A program made the translations under genes and the position numbers. This document shows, piece after piece, positions 1 through 9,955 of a stretch of 64,000 bases of DNA. Origin of the DNA: Bugula neritina. Taxonomy: Eukaryota; Animalia; Bryozoa. Position 1 is the first letter of the stretch; the number at the start of each line of letters is the position of its first letter. The stretch spans positions 17,822,059 through 17,886,058 of the forward strand of contig OZ037767.1 in NCBI GenBank assembly GCA_964035545.1, given 5' to 3'. The notes below the pieces were generated by a model. It was not told the DNA's origin. It did no database searches and saw only the letters and a list, made by a program, of their open reading frames with translations.

Positions 1-93
1 AATGATTGTTAGTTTTTCGTATTCAAGGATTGTTTCACAATTTACATTTTCATGAGTGAAATAAGCGAAAAGATACTTTATTGTACCCAACAG

Positions 94-260
94 GTGTGTG
101 AAAATGATAAGGTGAGAGTAAAGGTAAAGAATCACATGAGCAATGGAGAAGTAGTGAGTATACATTGGCATGGCATTCATCAGCAAAACACTAACTACAT
201 GGATGGAGTATCAATGCTTACTCAGTGTCCTATCTTACCACTCACTGAGTATGAGTACAG
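94..260 (+). CDS. MCO exon (VCENDKV..SIHWHG..MDGV..TQCPI)
   Basis: cag acceptor 91-93; donor gtaact at 261; Cu motif I HWHG. Confidence 0.92.
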
Positions 261-3200
261 GTAACTATATACTACCACTCACTGAGTATGAGTACAGGTA
301 ACTATATACTACCACTCACTGAGTATGAGTACAGGTAACTATATACTACCACTCACTGAGTATGAGTATCACTCACGGAGTATGAGTACAGGTAACTATA
401 TACTATCACTCACTGAGTATGAGTACAGGTAACTATATACTATCACTCACTGAGTATGAGTATCACTCACGGAGTATGAGTACAGGTAACTATATACTAC
501 CACTCACTGAGTATGAGTACAGGTAACTATATACTATCACTCACTGAGTATGAGTACAGGTAACTATATACTATCACTCACTGAGTATGAGTACAGGTAT
601 AACTATATACTACCACTCACTGAGTATGAGTATCACTCACTGAGTATGAGTACAGGTAACTATATACTATCACTCACTGAGTATGAGTACAGGTAACTAT
701 ATACTATCACTCACTGAGTATGAGTACAGGTAACTATATACTACCACTCACTGAGTATGAGTACAGGTAACTATATACTATCACTCACTGAGTATGAGTA
801 CAGGTAACTATATACTATCACTCACTGAGTATGAGTACAGGTAACTATATACTATCACTCACTGAGTATGAGTACAGGTAACTATATACTATCACTCACT
901 GAGTATGAGTACAGGTAACTATATATACTACCACTCACTGAGTATGAGTACAGGTAACTATATACCGTCACTCACGGAGTATGAGTACAGGTAACTATAT
1001 ACTACCACTCACTGAGTATGAGTACAGGTAACTATATACTACCACTCACTGAGTATGAGTACAGGTAACTATATACTACCACTCACTGATTATGAGTACA
1101 GGTAACTATATACTATCACTCACTGAGTATGAGTACAGGTAACTATATACTATCACTAACTGAGTATGAGTACAGGTAACTATATATATACTACCACTAA
1201 CTGAGTGTGAGTACAGGTAACTATATACTATCACTCACTGATTATGAGTATCACTCACTCTGTATGAGTATAACTCACTGACTATACATGTTGCAGTTTC
1301 ATAGCCTCACCACACGGAACTCACTACTACCACTCTCATGTGGGCACACAGAGAGGGGACGGGCTAGCAGGCGCCCTCATTGTCACGCCTTCAAGAGACG
1401 TACATCTACAGCTTTATCAACATGACCTTATGGAACACACTCTTCTTATACAAGACTGGTTTCATGTGCTGGGAGGGGGTAAGGCTGCCCTTCACCTTCA
1501 CGCCAGGGACAACAACCGGCCAGATACGCTCCTCATCAACGGTTAGTATATCAAGTAGTAATATATCTATGTAGTAGTATATCTAAGTAGTAATATATCT
1601 AAGTAGTAATATATCTAAGTAGTAGTATATCAAGTAGTAATATATCTAAGTAGTAATATATCTAAGTAGTAGTATATCTAAGTAGTAATACATCTAAGTA
1701 GTAGTATATCTAAGTAGTAATATATCTAAGTAGTAGTATATCTAAGTAGTAATATATCTAAGTAGTAATATATCTAAGTAGTAATATATCTAAGTAGTAA
1801 TATATCTAAGTAGTAATATATCTAAGTAGTAGTATATCTAAGTAGTAATATATCTAAGTAGTAATATATCTAAGTAGTAATATATCTAAGTAGTAATATA
1901 TCTAAGTAGTAGTATATCTAAGTAGTAATATATCTAAGTAGTATTAATGAATCTACCACCAGGAGTGGCTCCAGGAGATGTAACCAGTGATGATGGACTG
2001 AATGTCACACAAATACCCTACAAGTTTTTGGCTGTAGAGAAGGACAACTCCTACAGGTGAGTTATAGACATGAGTATTATATAGTATATTATATTATTAT
2101 ATATAATAACAGTAGACACCATACTTACAAACACAAGCAATAGAATATATAGTGTTTGTTGTCTATATATAACAGGTTTAGAGTGATTAGCAATGCGCTA
2201 ATGAATTGTCCAATAGAAATGTACATTGAGTCTCACTCTCTGCTGGTCATTGCTTCTGATGGTGCAGACATTGTTCCAGTAACCACTGATGTCTTAGTCA
2301 TATCGGGAGGTGAAAGGTATGACCAGAAGTACCCTCTACACACTAGATATACTGTAGATAACCTCTATATACTATATATACTGTAGATAACCTCTATATA
2401 CTATATATACTGTAGATAACCTCCATATACTATATATACTGTAGATAACCTCTATATACTATATATACTGTAGATAACCTCTATATACTATATATACTGT
2501 AGATAACCTCTATATACTATATATACTGTAGATAACCTCTATATACTATATATACTGTAGATAACCTCTATATACTATATATACTGTAGATAACCTCTAC
2601 ATACTATATATACTGTAGATAACCTCTATATACTATATATACTGTAGATAACCTCTATATACTATATATACTGTAGATAACCTCTATATACTATATATAC
2701 TGTAGATAACCTTTATATACTATATATACTGTAGATAACCTCCATATACTATATATACTGTAGATAACCTCCATATACTATATATACTGTAGATAACCTC
2801 TATATACTATATATACTGTAGATAACCTCTATATACTATATATACTGTAGATAACTTCTATATACTATATATACTGTAGATAACCTCTATATACTATATA
2901 TACTGTAGATAACCTCTAAATACTATATATACTGTAGATAACCTCTATATACTATATATACTATAGATAACCTCTATATACTATATATACTGTAGATAAC
3001 TTCTATATACTATATATACTGTAGATAACCTCTATATACTATATATACTGTAGATAACCTCTATATACTATATATACTGTAGATAACCTCTATATACTAT
3101 ATATACTATAGATAACCTCTATATACTATATATACTGTAGATAACCTCTATATACTATATATACTGTAGATAACCTCTATATACTATATATACTGTAGAT

Positions 3201-5678
3201 AACTTCTATATACTATATATACTGTAGATAACCTCTATATACTATATATACTGTAGATAACCTCTATATACTATATATACTGTAGATAACCTCTATATAC
3301 TATATATACTGTAGATAACTTCTATATACTATATAATATACTGCAGATAACCTCTATATACTATATAATATACTGCAGATATGACTTTGTTCTGCTGGCC
3401 AATCAGACTGCTGCTAACTACTGGGTGTACCTGAGAGGTCTGACTGACTGTAGCCAGAAGAAGACACAAACACTGGCCGTCTTGCACTATGAGGGAGCTC
3501 CTTTAACCCACCCGCTCTCTACTCCTAACTCTTATGATCAGCGGCCAACAGATGTGTTGGTGGGTTTCTTTGTGCTATACTATATATTATATGTTATAAT
3601 ATAATATAATGTACGCATTACATTTTATACTGTATGAAGACGTCATAACCTAGCTGTGGCTCTTATTTAGACATTAAACCCGTTCAATATGGGGCTGGTG
3701 AATGATGACCCCACCGACATGCACTTGACACTGAATAAACTCGAGTCTGCTGAAGCCAACCCCAGATGGATCAGCCAGGAGCCGACAACCAAAGTCTACT
3801 TACAGTTGGGTCTTCACAGAACTAGTAGTCCCTTGTTTAACGTTGCTGGGCTGTATGGCTGGATGGATGACATCATCAATATTCCAGGTGTGGACAACTC
3901 TGCTTTCACCTGAGATGTATGATAACTCTAACTGAGATGTATGATAACTCTAACTGAGGTGTATTATAACTCTAACTGAAGTGTATTATAACTCTAACTG
4001 AGGTGTATTATAACTCTAACTGAGGTGTATTATAACTCTAACTGAGGTGTATTATAACTCTAACTGAGGTGTATTATAACTCTAACTGAAGTGTATTATA
4101 ACTGTAACTGAGGTGTATTATAACTCTAATTGAGGTGTATTATCATACTGGCAGGTGGTGGCACTGTTCTGGCTCAGATAAACAGTGTGAACAGTATTCT
4201 ACCTGCCTGGCCCTACCTTTCTCAGTATGATGACATCCCAGAGGTAATCTATATCTACATAGCATAATAAACAGTAGACTGAGGTGTGAACTAACAGTAG
4301 ACTGAGGTGTGAACTAACAGTAGACTGAGGTGTGAACTAACAGTAGACTGAGATGTGAACTAACAGTAGACTGAGCTGTGAACTAACAGTAGACTGAGGT
4401 GTGAACTAACAGTAGACTGAGGTGTGAACTAACAGTAGACTGAGGAGAGAGCTTACAGTATAGACTGAGGAGAGAGCTTACAGTATAGACTGAGAGAGTA
4501 TAGACTGAGGTGAGAGGTTACAGTGTAGACTGAGCTCTAGTTGTTGTTTTAGTCTACGTTCTGTGATGTGGGCTCAGCCGCTGTTAATGAGACGTACTGC
4601 AGGGATAACTTCTGCCAGTGCACACACAGAATGAGGGTGGGACTAGGAGAGGTGGTCGAACTGGTCATGTTTGATCGTGGCAAATACTGGAACATCTCAA
4701 ACCATCCGATGCACATACATGGGCAGTTTGTACATGTGTTGGCTATGGGACAGGTTGGCATCTATTTCATTTCAGTACTATAGTTGTATATACCACTATT
4801 ACATAGTAACAGTTGTATATACTGTTATATTATTATGTGTCTTTTGTTTATCACTAATTACGGACTAGCGAGAGGCTACGTTATAATGTCATGTGCATTT
4901 GTTTATTAAAATACATATTGGGTCACCGACGAACGAGAGACTACGAGATGAAGATGTCAGCCTACAGTAGCGAAACATGCCGATAGACTTTGTGATAAAA
5001 TAATTATAAATCAGTACTATACTTTTGGTCCTTGTATTTCCCCTGGCCGGCCAGACCCCACTTTATTGTTCTTTCGATACTTCAATGTCATGCCTACATA
5101 CTTCGAGTAACTATCAGGTAATTATATACTCACTATACTCACTATACTTAATGTTTCATATACTGTACTAGTAACTATGGTTGAATACAGATGGCTGACT
5201 TGTACATGACAAGAGAAGATATGCTGAAGCTGGACTCCGCTGGAGAAATTAAACGTAATTTCGACAAGCCTATTAAGAAAGACACAATTATGATGCCGAA
5301 TGGTGGTTACGTTGTGACGAGGTTTAGGGCTGAAAACCCAGGTTGAGTGTTATTATATTATCATGATTATTTCTCTCTGAGCAGTTGGCTACGGGCAAGG
5401 AGAGGAGAGCATGCATATTGCTGCTCTGTGTTTCAGGAGTTTGGTTCTTGCATTGTCACAATGAAGTGCATGTGGAACAAGGCATGTCCATGGTGATAGA
5501 AGTTGGGGACTCCCAGCAGTGGCCCCAAACTCCTTCTCCTGCTCACAAGTGTGGTTCAGTGGTTAAACCCGTCGTCCAGTCCCAAACTGTCAACAATACT
5601 GCGAGTACAAGCAGCTGTTTGCTGGTGGGAATTGAGATTTGTCTTCTCCTACACATTGTCCTTAGACTGAGTCAGTGA
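94..5678 (+). CDS. Laccase-like three-domain multicopper oxidase, 5'-partial, 10 exons: 94-260, 1297-1541, 1963-2056, 2176-2316, 3379-3559, 3671-3887, 4155-4243, 4553-4753, 5191-5341, 5437-5678 (1728 nt, 575 aa + stop)
   Basis: All four Cu-binding motifs are present in order: HWHG, HSH, HPMHIHG, HCHNEVH..GM (axial Met). Every intron is GT..AG and exon phases join without frameshift. Hydrophobic C-terminal tail. The N-terminal exon(s) lie upstream of the window. Confidence 0.93.
238..1285 (+). repeat. 37-bp intronic minisatellite built from the exon 3' end plus the 5' splice site (ccactcactgagtatgagtacag|gtaactatatacta), ~25+ copies
   Basis: Period 37 read directly (238 to 275); the first unit overlaps the coding exon. 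Confidence 0.95.
1297..1541 (+). CDS. MCO exon ([27 protein letters not shown])
   Basis: ttgcag acceptor; donor gttagt at 1542; Cu motif II HSH. Confidence 0.92.
1545..1945 (+). repeat. 16-bp intronic minisatellite (agtagtaatatatcta), ~25 copies
   Basis: Direct reading. Confidence 0.95.
1963..2056 (+). CDS. MCO exon ([14 protein letters not shown])
   Basis: accag acceptor, gtgagt donor at 2057, phase-compatible with neighbours; not in the ORF track. Confidence 0.8.
2176..2316 (+). CDS. MCO exon (RFRVISN..IASDG..GGER)
   Basis: aacag acceptor; gtatga donor; typical domain-2 motifs. Confidence 0.9.
2348..3381 (+). repeat. 29-bp intronic minisatellite (tactgtagataacctctatatactatata), ~35 copies, ending in the real acceptor tactgcag|ata
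   Basis: Period 29 (2352 to 2381). Confidence 0.95.
3379..3559 (+). CDS. MCO exon ([24 protein letters not shown])
   Basis: ctgcag acceptor completes GERYDF; gtgggt donor; not in the ORF track. Confidence 0.88.
3671..3887 (+). CDS. MCO exon (TLNPFN..)
   Basis: tttag acceptor; ccag|gtgtgg donor; in frame with ORF 3689..3913. Confidence 0.8.
3910..4143 (+). repeat. 22-bp intronic minisatellite (ctgaggtgtattataactctaa), ~10 copies
   Basis: Period 22 (3911 to 3933). Confidence 0.92.
4155..4243 (+). CDS. MCO exon ([18 protein letters not shown])
   Basis: ggcag acceptor, gtaatc donor; QIN..P..P.LSQ pattern of animal MCOs. Confidence 0.85.
4268..4535 (+). repeat. 23-bp intronic minisatellite (aacagtagactgaggtgtgaact) decaying into related units
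   Basis: Period 23 (4271 to 4294). Confidence 0.9.
4553..4753 (+). CDS. MCO exon (FC..CQCTH..HPMHIHG)
   Basis: ttttag acceptor, gttggc donor; Cu motif III. Confidence 0.92.
4823..5158 (+). mobile_element. Solo LTR of the same family as the Gypsy element at 13018-17861, inside an MCO intron
   Basis: TG..CA ends, highly similar to 13018-13351, flanked by 5-bp TSD TATAC (4818-4822 / 5159-5163). Confidence 0.95.
5191..5341 (+). CDS. MCO exon ([23 protein letters not shown])
   Basis: tacag acceptor; gttgag donor; KDT..P.GGY...RF.A.NPG motif. Confidence 0.92.
5437..5678 (+). CDS. MCO last exon ([17 protein letters not shown]..stop)
   Basis: tttcag acceptor; Cu motif IV; TGA ends at 5678. Confidence 0.92.
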
Positions 5679-6386
5679 TGTCACAGGAGTTAACTTTAGT
5701 TTAAACATACTGACTGACAATATGCCATTGAAGAGTGTATAGTAACTTTCTTCATTTATTACCTAATTTTACTTTATAAAATAACATAATATACTTAAAA
5801 TAAGGAGAAGTAAATACTTCACAGCTATATTTTGTAGCAGTACTGGGGGGGGGAATGTATTTACAGTGATGGATGTTTTCTTAAACTTCTTATTTCCTGA
5901 ACAAAATTGGACCCAATGCATATTCAAAATAAACTTTACTACTTGAAATAATATGCCAATAATAAAGTAACATTTTTTGTTGTTGTTTTCAATTTATTGC
6001 TTCTAATAGTTCTAATAGTAAATATAGAAAGAGAAAAATAAAAATTTTAAGCTAAGGAAATGAAGGAGTACAAAAAAAGAAGCTAAAGGGTAATGTCTGA
6101 TAGCTTGAAGCTAGTAAGGAAACAGCTCGACTTTCTATAGGATAAAAAACCCTGCCCAATCAATACAGCAAGGAGGTCTGATCAATACAGCAAGGAGGCC
6201 CCATCCATACCAGCAGCGCCATACTCTGTCTATAGACAGTTCCCTCACCATCCCAGAAGTCATGCTCTCAAAATCATACAAATATTTATTAAATAACTTT
6301 GCAGCTTTAAATAACATAGACTCTGTTCGTTTCAAATTTATTAGTTTTAATTGCATTGCTGACTTTCAATCTTGTCACATAAATAT

Positions 6387-6739
6387 TGTAGTGAGTAGTG
6401 CAAAGTACAAATACGGGAATCGCCCTCTCTCTACTCTTGGAATACTTAGACCCTTATGTAGCAACCAATTAGCAGCTCCGGAAGATATGCTTCCGATTCA
6501 CGTGACACTTCCCGGGTTATTAACATTATCTCACGTTGTTGTAAGCGGAGGCTTGAAGTAGTAACATGTGTTAGTAGTTGACTGATGTATAGGATAATTT
6601 GATGTGATGTTTGTTTTATGCTTTATTGTGGATAATAAATATAATTACTCGACAGCTACCCTAGTAATTGCTAGCAGAATAACCAGCTAAATATACGCAA
6701 GTAAATAACTCACGCTCAGTAATTGCACAAATTACTACA
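6387..6739 (+). repeat. 5' LTR (353 bp) of element 1
   Basis: Direct repeat of 11306-11657. Confidence 0.95.
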
Positions 6740-6740
6740 G

Positions 6741-6758
6741 TGGTGGCAGCGGTGGGAT
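6741..6758 (+). promoter_or_regulatory. Primer binding site TGGTGGCAGCGGTGGGAT (tRNA-Leu type)
   Basis: 1 nt after the LTR; complementary to a tRNA-Leu 3' end ATCCCACCGCTGCCA-CCA (assignment from memory of conserved animal tRNA-Leu). Confidence 0.85.
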
Positions 6759-6774
6759 CTTGCGTATAGCAGTC

Positions 6775-7725
6775 ATGGCAGAAGACGGCACGGAGCTACC
6801 CATTCCACTGAATGAAGGTGAGAGAGATAATGTTGATATACCTGTGGAACCAGTGGTGTTAGATGAAGAAGTGAGAATTCTTAGAGAGCATGATGAAGAC
6901 AGATACCGGCTGAAGGCGCCAACCTTCACAGGCGAAGAAGCAGTGGAGCAGTTTATCCAAGAATTCCAAGATGTGATGGAGATTTCAGAGTGGCCACCAA
7001 GGGTGGCGTTGCTCAAGCTCAGGATGGCGCTGACGGGCAAAGCTAAGCCGTACGGAGCGGGACCTGACATAGACGGAATCTTTGCTTCTCTGCGGGCCCG
7101 CTTTGGCATCTCTCCCATAGATGCGCAGGCCCGTCTACAAAGGATGCGGCGTGATCCTCACACGTCGCTCGAAGAGCACGCTGCCACGGTGTACCCACTA
7201 GCGCAGATCGCGTTCCGCGATCTGCCTCCAGTACACCGTGAGAGGTATACTTATGATGCCTTCGTGCAGTCCATCAACGACTTGGGGCTCCACCATCAAC
7301 TCCAAGCGAGGGGAGTCACCACAGTCGAAGATGCACTTGCGGTGGGAGAAGCCTACCTCTTGGCGACTCATATGCACCGCAACCGCGTGGCCTCCCGCCA
7401 GGTGACCACGGAGCACACTACTGCTCACACCGAACCAAACGCGGAACCCTCCGCGGTGGCTAATGTGAACCAGATGTCACTAGCGTCAAAAGTCGCACAG
7501 ATGACTGACATGCTAGATAAACTGGTCACCACATTAGCCTCCCCAAGCCAGGTAGATACTGCCCGTGAGCCTTGCGGGCCGCAGGTACAATCACCAGGCA
7601 TGGAGCACCACTTCTGCTGGGGATGCGGAAGGCCAGGACATTTCCAGAGGAACTGCCCTCAGCTCCCACAAGGGTTAAACTACCACGGCCCGCAGATGTT
7701 CCCACCTCCTGCGGGCCGTCTGTGA
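6775..7725 (+). CDS. gag: Gag (capsid-like region + CCHC zinc knuckle), element 1
   Basis: ATG 6775; P.F.G....E.F..EF..V.....W capsid pattern; CWGCGRPGHFQRNC knuckle. Confidence 0.9.
   Translation: MAEDGTELPIPLNEGERDNVDIPVEPVVLDEEVRILREHDEDRYRLKAPTFTGEEAVEQFIQEFQDVMEISEWPPRVALLKLRMALTGKAKPYGAGPDIDGIFASLRARFGISPIDAQARLQRMRRDPHTSLEEHAATVYPLAQIAFRDLPPVHRERYTYDAFVQSINDLGLHHQLQARGVTTVEDALAVGEAYLLATHMHRNRVASRQVTTEHTTAHTEPNAEPSAVANVNQMSLASKVAQMTDMLDKLVTTLASPSQVDTAREPCGPQVQSPGMEHHFCWGCGRPGHFQRNCPQLPQGLNYHGPQMFPPPAGRL
7674..7719 (+). promoter_or_regulatory. Putative -1 ribosomal frameshift signal: G_TTA_AAC followed by an 11-bp perfect stem-loop
   Basis: Heptamer 7674-7680 in the gag frame; acggcccgcag (7685-7695) pairs with ctgcgggccgt (7709-7719); ORF2 is in the -1 frame. 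Confidence 0.8.
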
Positions 7726-9932
7726 ATCACCCAGGGAGGCCCGCGCGTCTGTCGCCTCGCTGGGCGCCGTGCGGAGATGCTGAGAAGTGGCGACCCCCGC
7801 GGCAAGTAGGCTCAAGCCACTCGCCGCCTGGGTCCTCTACGCCACTCCAGCACCAACACGGAGCCGGCAGACGGTTGACCACAGAGCCTGCGAGGGAAAC
7901 GGTACAGGCGCCACAAGGCGTACCGCCCCAACCTCGGCAGCTGGTCAATAGTCGCCGCCAACCGTGGACCCCTCGACCCACAGCGAGGGAGGTGCAACCA
8001 CGGCACACACAACTGCAGCCACACGGAAGTAGCTACTTCCTACCAGGAAAGCTAGCCGGCAAACCTGCCAACTTCCTCCTGGACTCAGGCTGCACCACCA
8101 ACCTCCTTAGCCGTCAGTTCTTTGACACCCTCAGCGCTAAAGTCAAGGACGGGTTGGCACCGTATGAGGGGGATCATGGCACCCTGGCAGACGGGTCGTG
8201 CATTCCCTTCTACGGCATTACTGAGCTAACTGGTTACGTCCGTAACCAGGCCATCCAAGAGACGTTTATCGTCGGGCAGCTCAACGAGGATGCTATCCTC
8301 GGGATGCCATTCTTACAACGACACGGTTGTCGCATCGATTTCAGTAAATCTGCGATGATCATGGGCGACAAGGAGCTCGCTTGTGTCGATAAGTTTGGTC
8401 GTCCTCTAGCGGGAGCAGTGCAGGTAGTACGGAGCTGTACTATACCAGGCCACTCCCGGGCTACCGTCCGCTGCAAGGTAGACGGTGGCCAAACCTCTAA
8501 GTTGGGAGTTGTCGAAAGTACGCACTCGAGAGTCCAACTTGCCCATAGCTTTAGCCGGCTTACGGGACAAGGAGAGATCTCAGTGCAGTGTGTCAACCCC
8601 TTCTCAGAGACAGTAGACCTACCACCCAGATCCATGCTGGGTCGCTTCCATCCTGTCCAGGAGGAAGCCATTGGGCCGTCGTCGGGAGCTACGACGGAAG
8701 GTCCTCAGCAGAGCCCGTCTCGAGGGCGGAGGACCGTCCCAACCCACGCCTCCCCTCCTCCAGGGACGCGTGGCTGCACAGGCAACGGGAAGCGCCAGGC
8801 TATGGCTAGGTTGCCACATGGGTACAGTGAGGCGTTCCGCCACACAGGCAACGGAGCCCGCCTAAATAGAGCAGGCTGTCGTGAGGTACCACGGGCGGCG
8901 AGGACCGCCCCTGCTCAGCTACTCCAACAGAGGGCTGACACGCCCCCGGAGGCTGTCCAGAGCCTCCGCGCCAAACCTGTATGGGCTGGTAACGTTAGGG
9001 AGCTGCCGAAGCTCCAGGAATGCCTTCCTGGGGTGGTAGCCGACGTGTACCGAGCGAAACAGGAAGGGCGACGACCCAGTAGTAAACAACGGCGACAGGG
9101 ATGCGCCGAGTTACGGCTGTACTGTCAACGTTGGAGCTCTCTGCGGGTCGGGCCAGATGGTCTGCTGACCATGACCTTGGCCGCCAACAGCAGACAGCCA
9201 GCCAGGAAGAGGGTTGTCTGCCCAGTTGCCATTCGCCGGAAGTTGATACAAGACACCCACGAGGAGACTCACGGAGGAGTCCAAGGGGTGGTCACTAAGC
9301 TACAACTCCGGTGGTACTGGCCCAACATGGAACGGGATATCCGACGCAGAGTGAGACGGTGCAAAGTCTGCCAGACCAACAAGCATAGCCGTCTCCCTGG
9401 TGAAGCGGGGCGGCAGACGCATTGTGCGAGAAGGTCTCGGCAGGCGGAGACTGTCAACCTGGCCGGAAACACCTCCATGACACGTCAGGAAGACTTGGCG
9501 AGGCGAGAAAGGCCACTTCCGTCCTTGAAAGTGCGCCCACCGCCCCCAGCGTCAAGCCTGCCATCATCACCACTTCCGGAACCAGAAACAGGTCCGGAAG
9601 TGCAAAAACCCCCCGTGGGAGGGGCTCCGCAAGGAGATACCAACGTAGGACCAGGACCACACACTAGGCAACTTCCAGCGTGTCTCAGAGACTGTGTACG
9701 TGACCGCGGTATAAGCGGCAGTAACGAAAGTCTAGAGAGGCCTCGCATGGGAAAACAGGCAAAAAGCCGTGGGAGTTGTGATCACCACGAAAATCTCAAC
9801 TTTTGCCTCGGCGGAATCTCACACGAGATTCATCCGCTGGAAGTGAAAAGCCCTAGTCACGTTTCACAACCACGCTGTCCGGTCTTTTCCTATGTTGATG
9901 CAGTCGAGAGTAGACGTGCCAGTAAACAGTAA
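7680..9932 (+). CDS. pol: Internally deleted pol frame: aspartic protease + integrase H2C2 zinc-binding domain only
   Basis: FLLDSGCTTNLL..ILGMPFL; H.ETHGG..WYWPNM..C.VCQ; no YxDD, RNase H or DDE motifs; uninterrupted frame 7572-9932. Confidence 0.85.
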   Translation, partial: LPRPADVPTSCGPSVNHPGRPARLSPRWAPCGDAEKWRPPRQVGSSHSPPGSSTPLQHQHGAGRRLTTEPARETVQAPQGVPPQPRQLVNSRRQPWTPRPTAREVQPRHTQLQPHGSSYFLPGKLAGKPANFLLDSGCTTNLLSRQFFDTLSAKVKDGLAPYEGDHGTLADGSCIPFYGITELTGYVRNQAIQETFIVGQLNEDAILGMPFLQRHGCRIDFSKSAMIMGDKELACVDKFGRPLAGAVQVVRSCTIPGHSRATVRCKVDGGQTSKLGVVESTHSRVQLAHSFSRLTGQGEISVQCVNPFSETVDLPPRSMLGRFHPVQEEAIGPSSGATTEGPQQSPSRGRRTVPTHASPPPGTRGCTGNGKRQAMARLPHGYSEAFRHTGNGARLNRAGCREVPRAARTAPAQLLQQRADTPPEAVQSLRAKPVWAGNVRELPKLQECLPGVVADVYRAKQEGRRPSSKQRRQGCAELRLYCQRWSSLRVGPDGLLTMTLAANSRQPARKRVVCPVAIRRKLIQDTHEETHGGVQGVVTKLQLRWYWPNMERDIRRRVRRCKVCQTNKHSRLPGEAGRQTHCARRSRQAETVNLAGNTSMTRQEDLARRERPLPSLKVRPPPPASSLPSSPLPEPETGPEVQKPPVGGAPQGDTNVGPGPHTRQLPACLRDCVRDRGISGSNESLERPRMGKQAKSRGSCDHHENLNFCLGGISHEIHPLEVKSPSHVSQPRCPVFSYVDAVESRRASKQ

Positions 9933-9955
9933 TCATTTACCGCTCTCATTCCAAA

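Noticed and set aside
6262-6561. Duplicated small ORFs (6262..6561 / 11163..11480; 13088..13312 / 17598..17822)
   Set aside because: Identical only because they lie in LTRs; no protein features.
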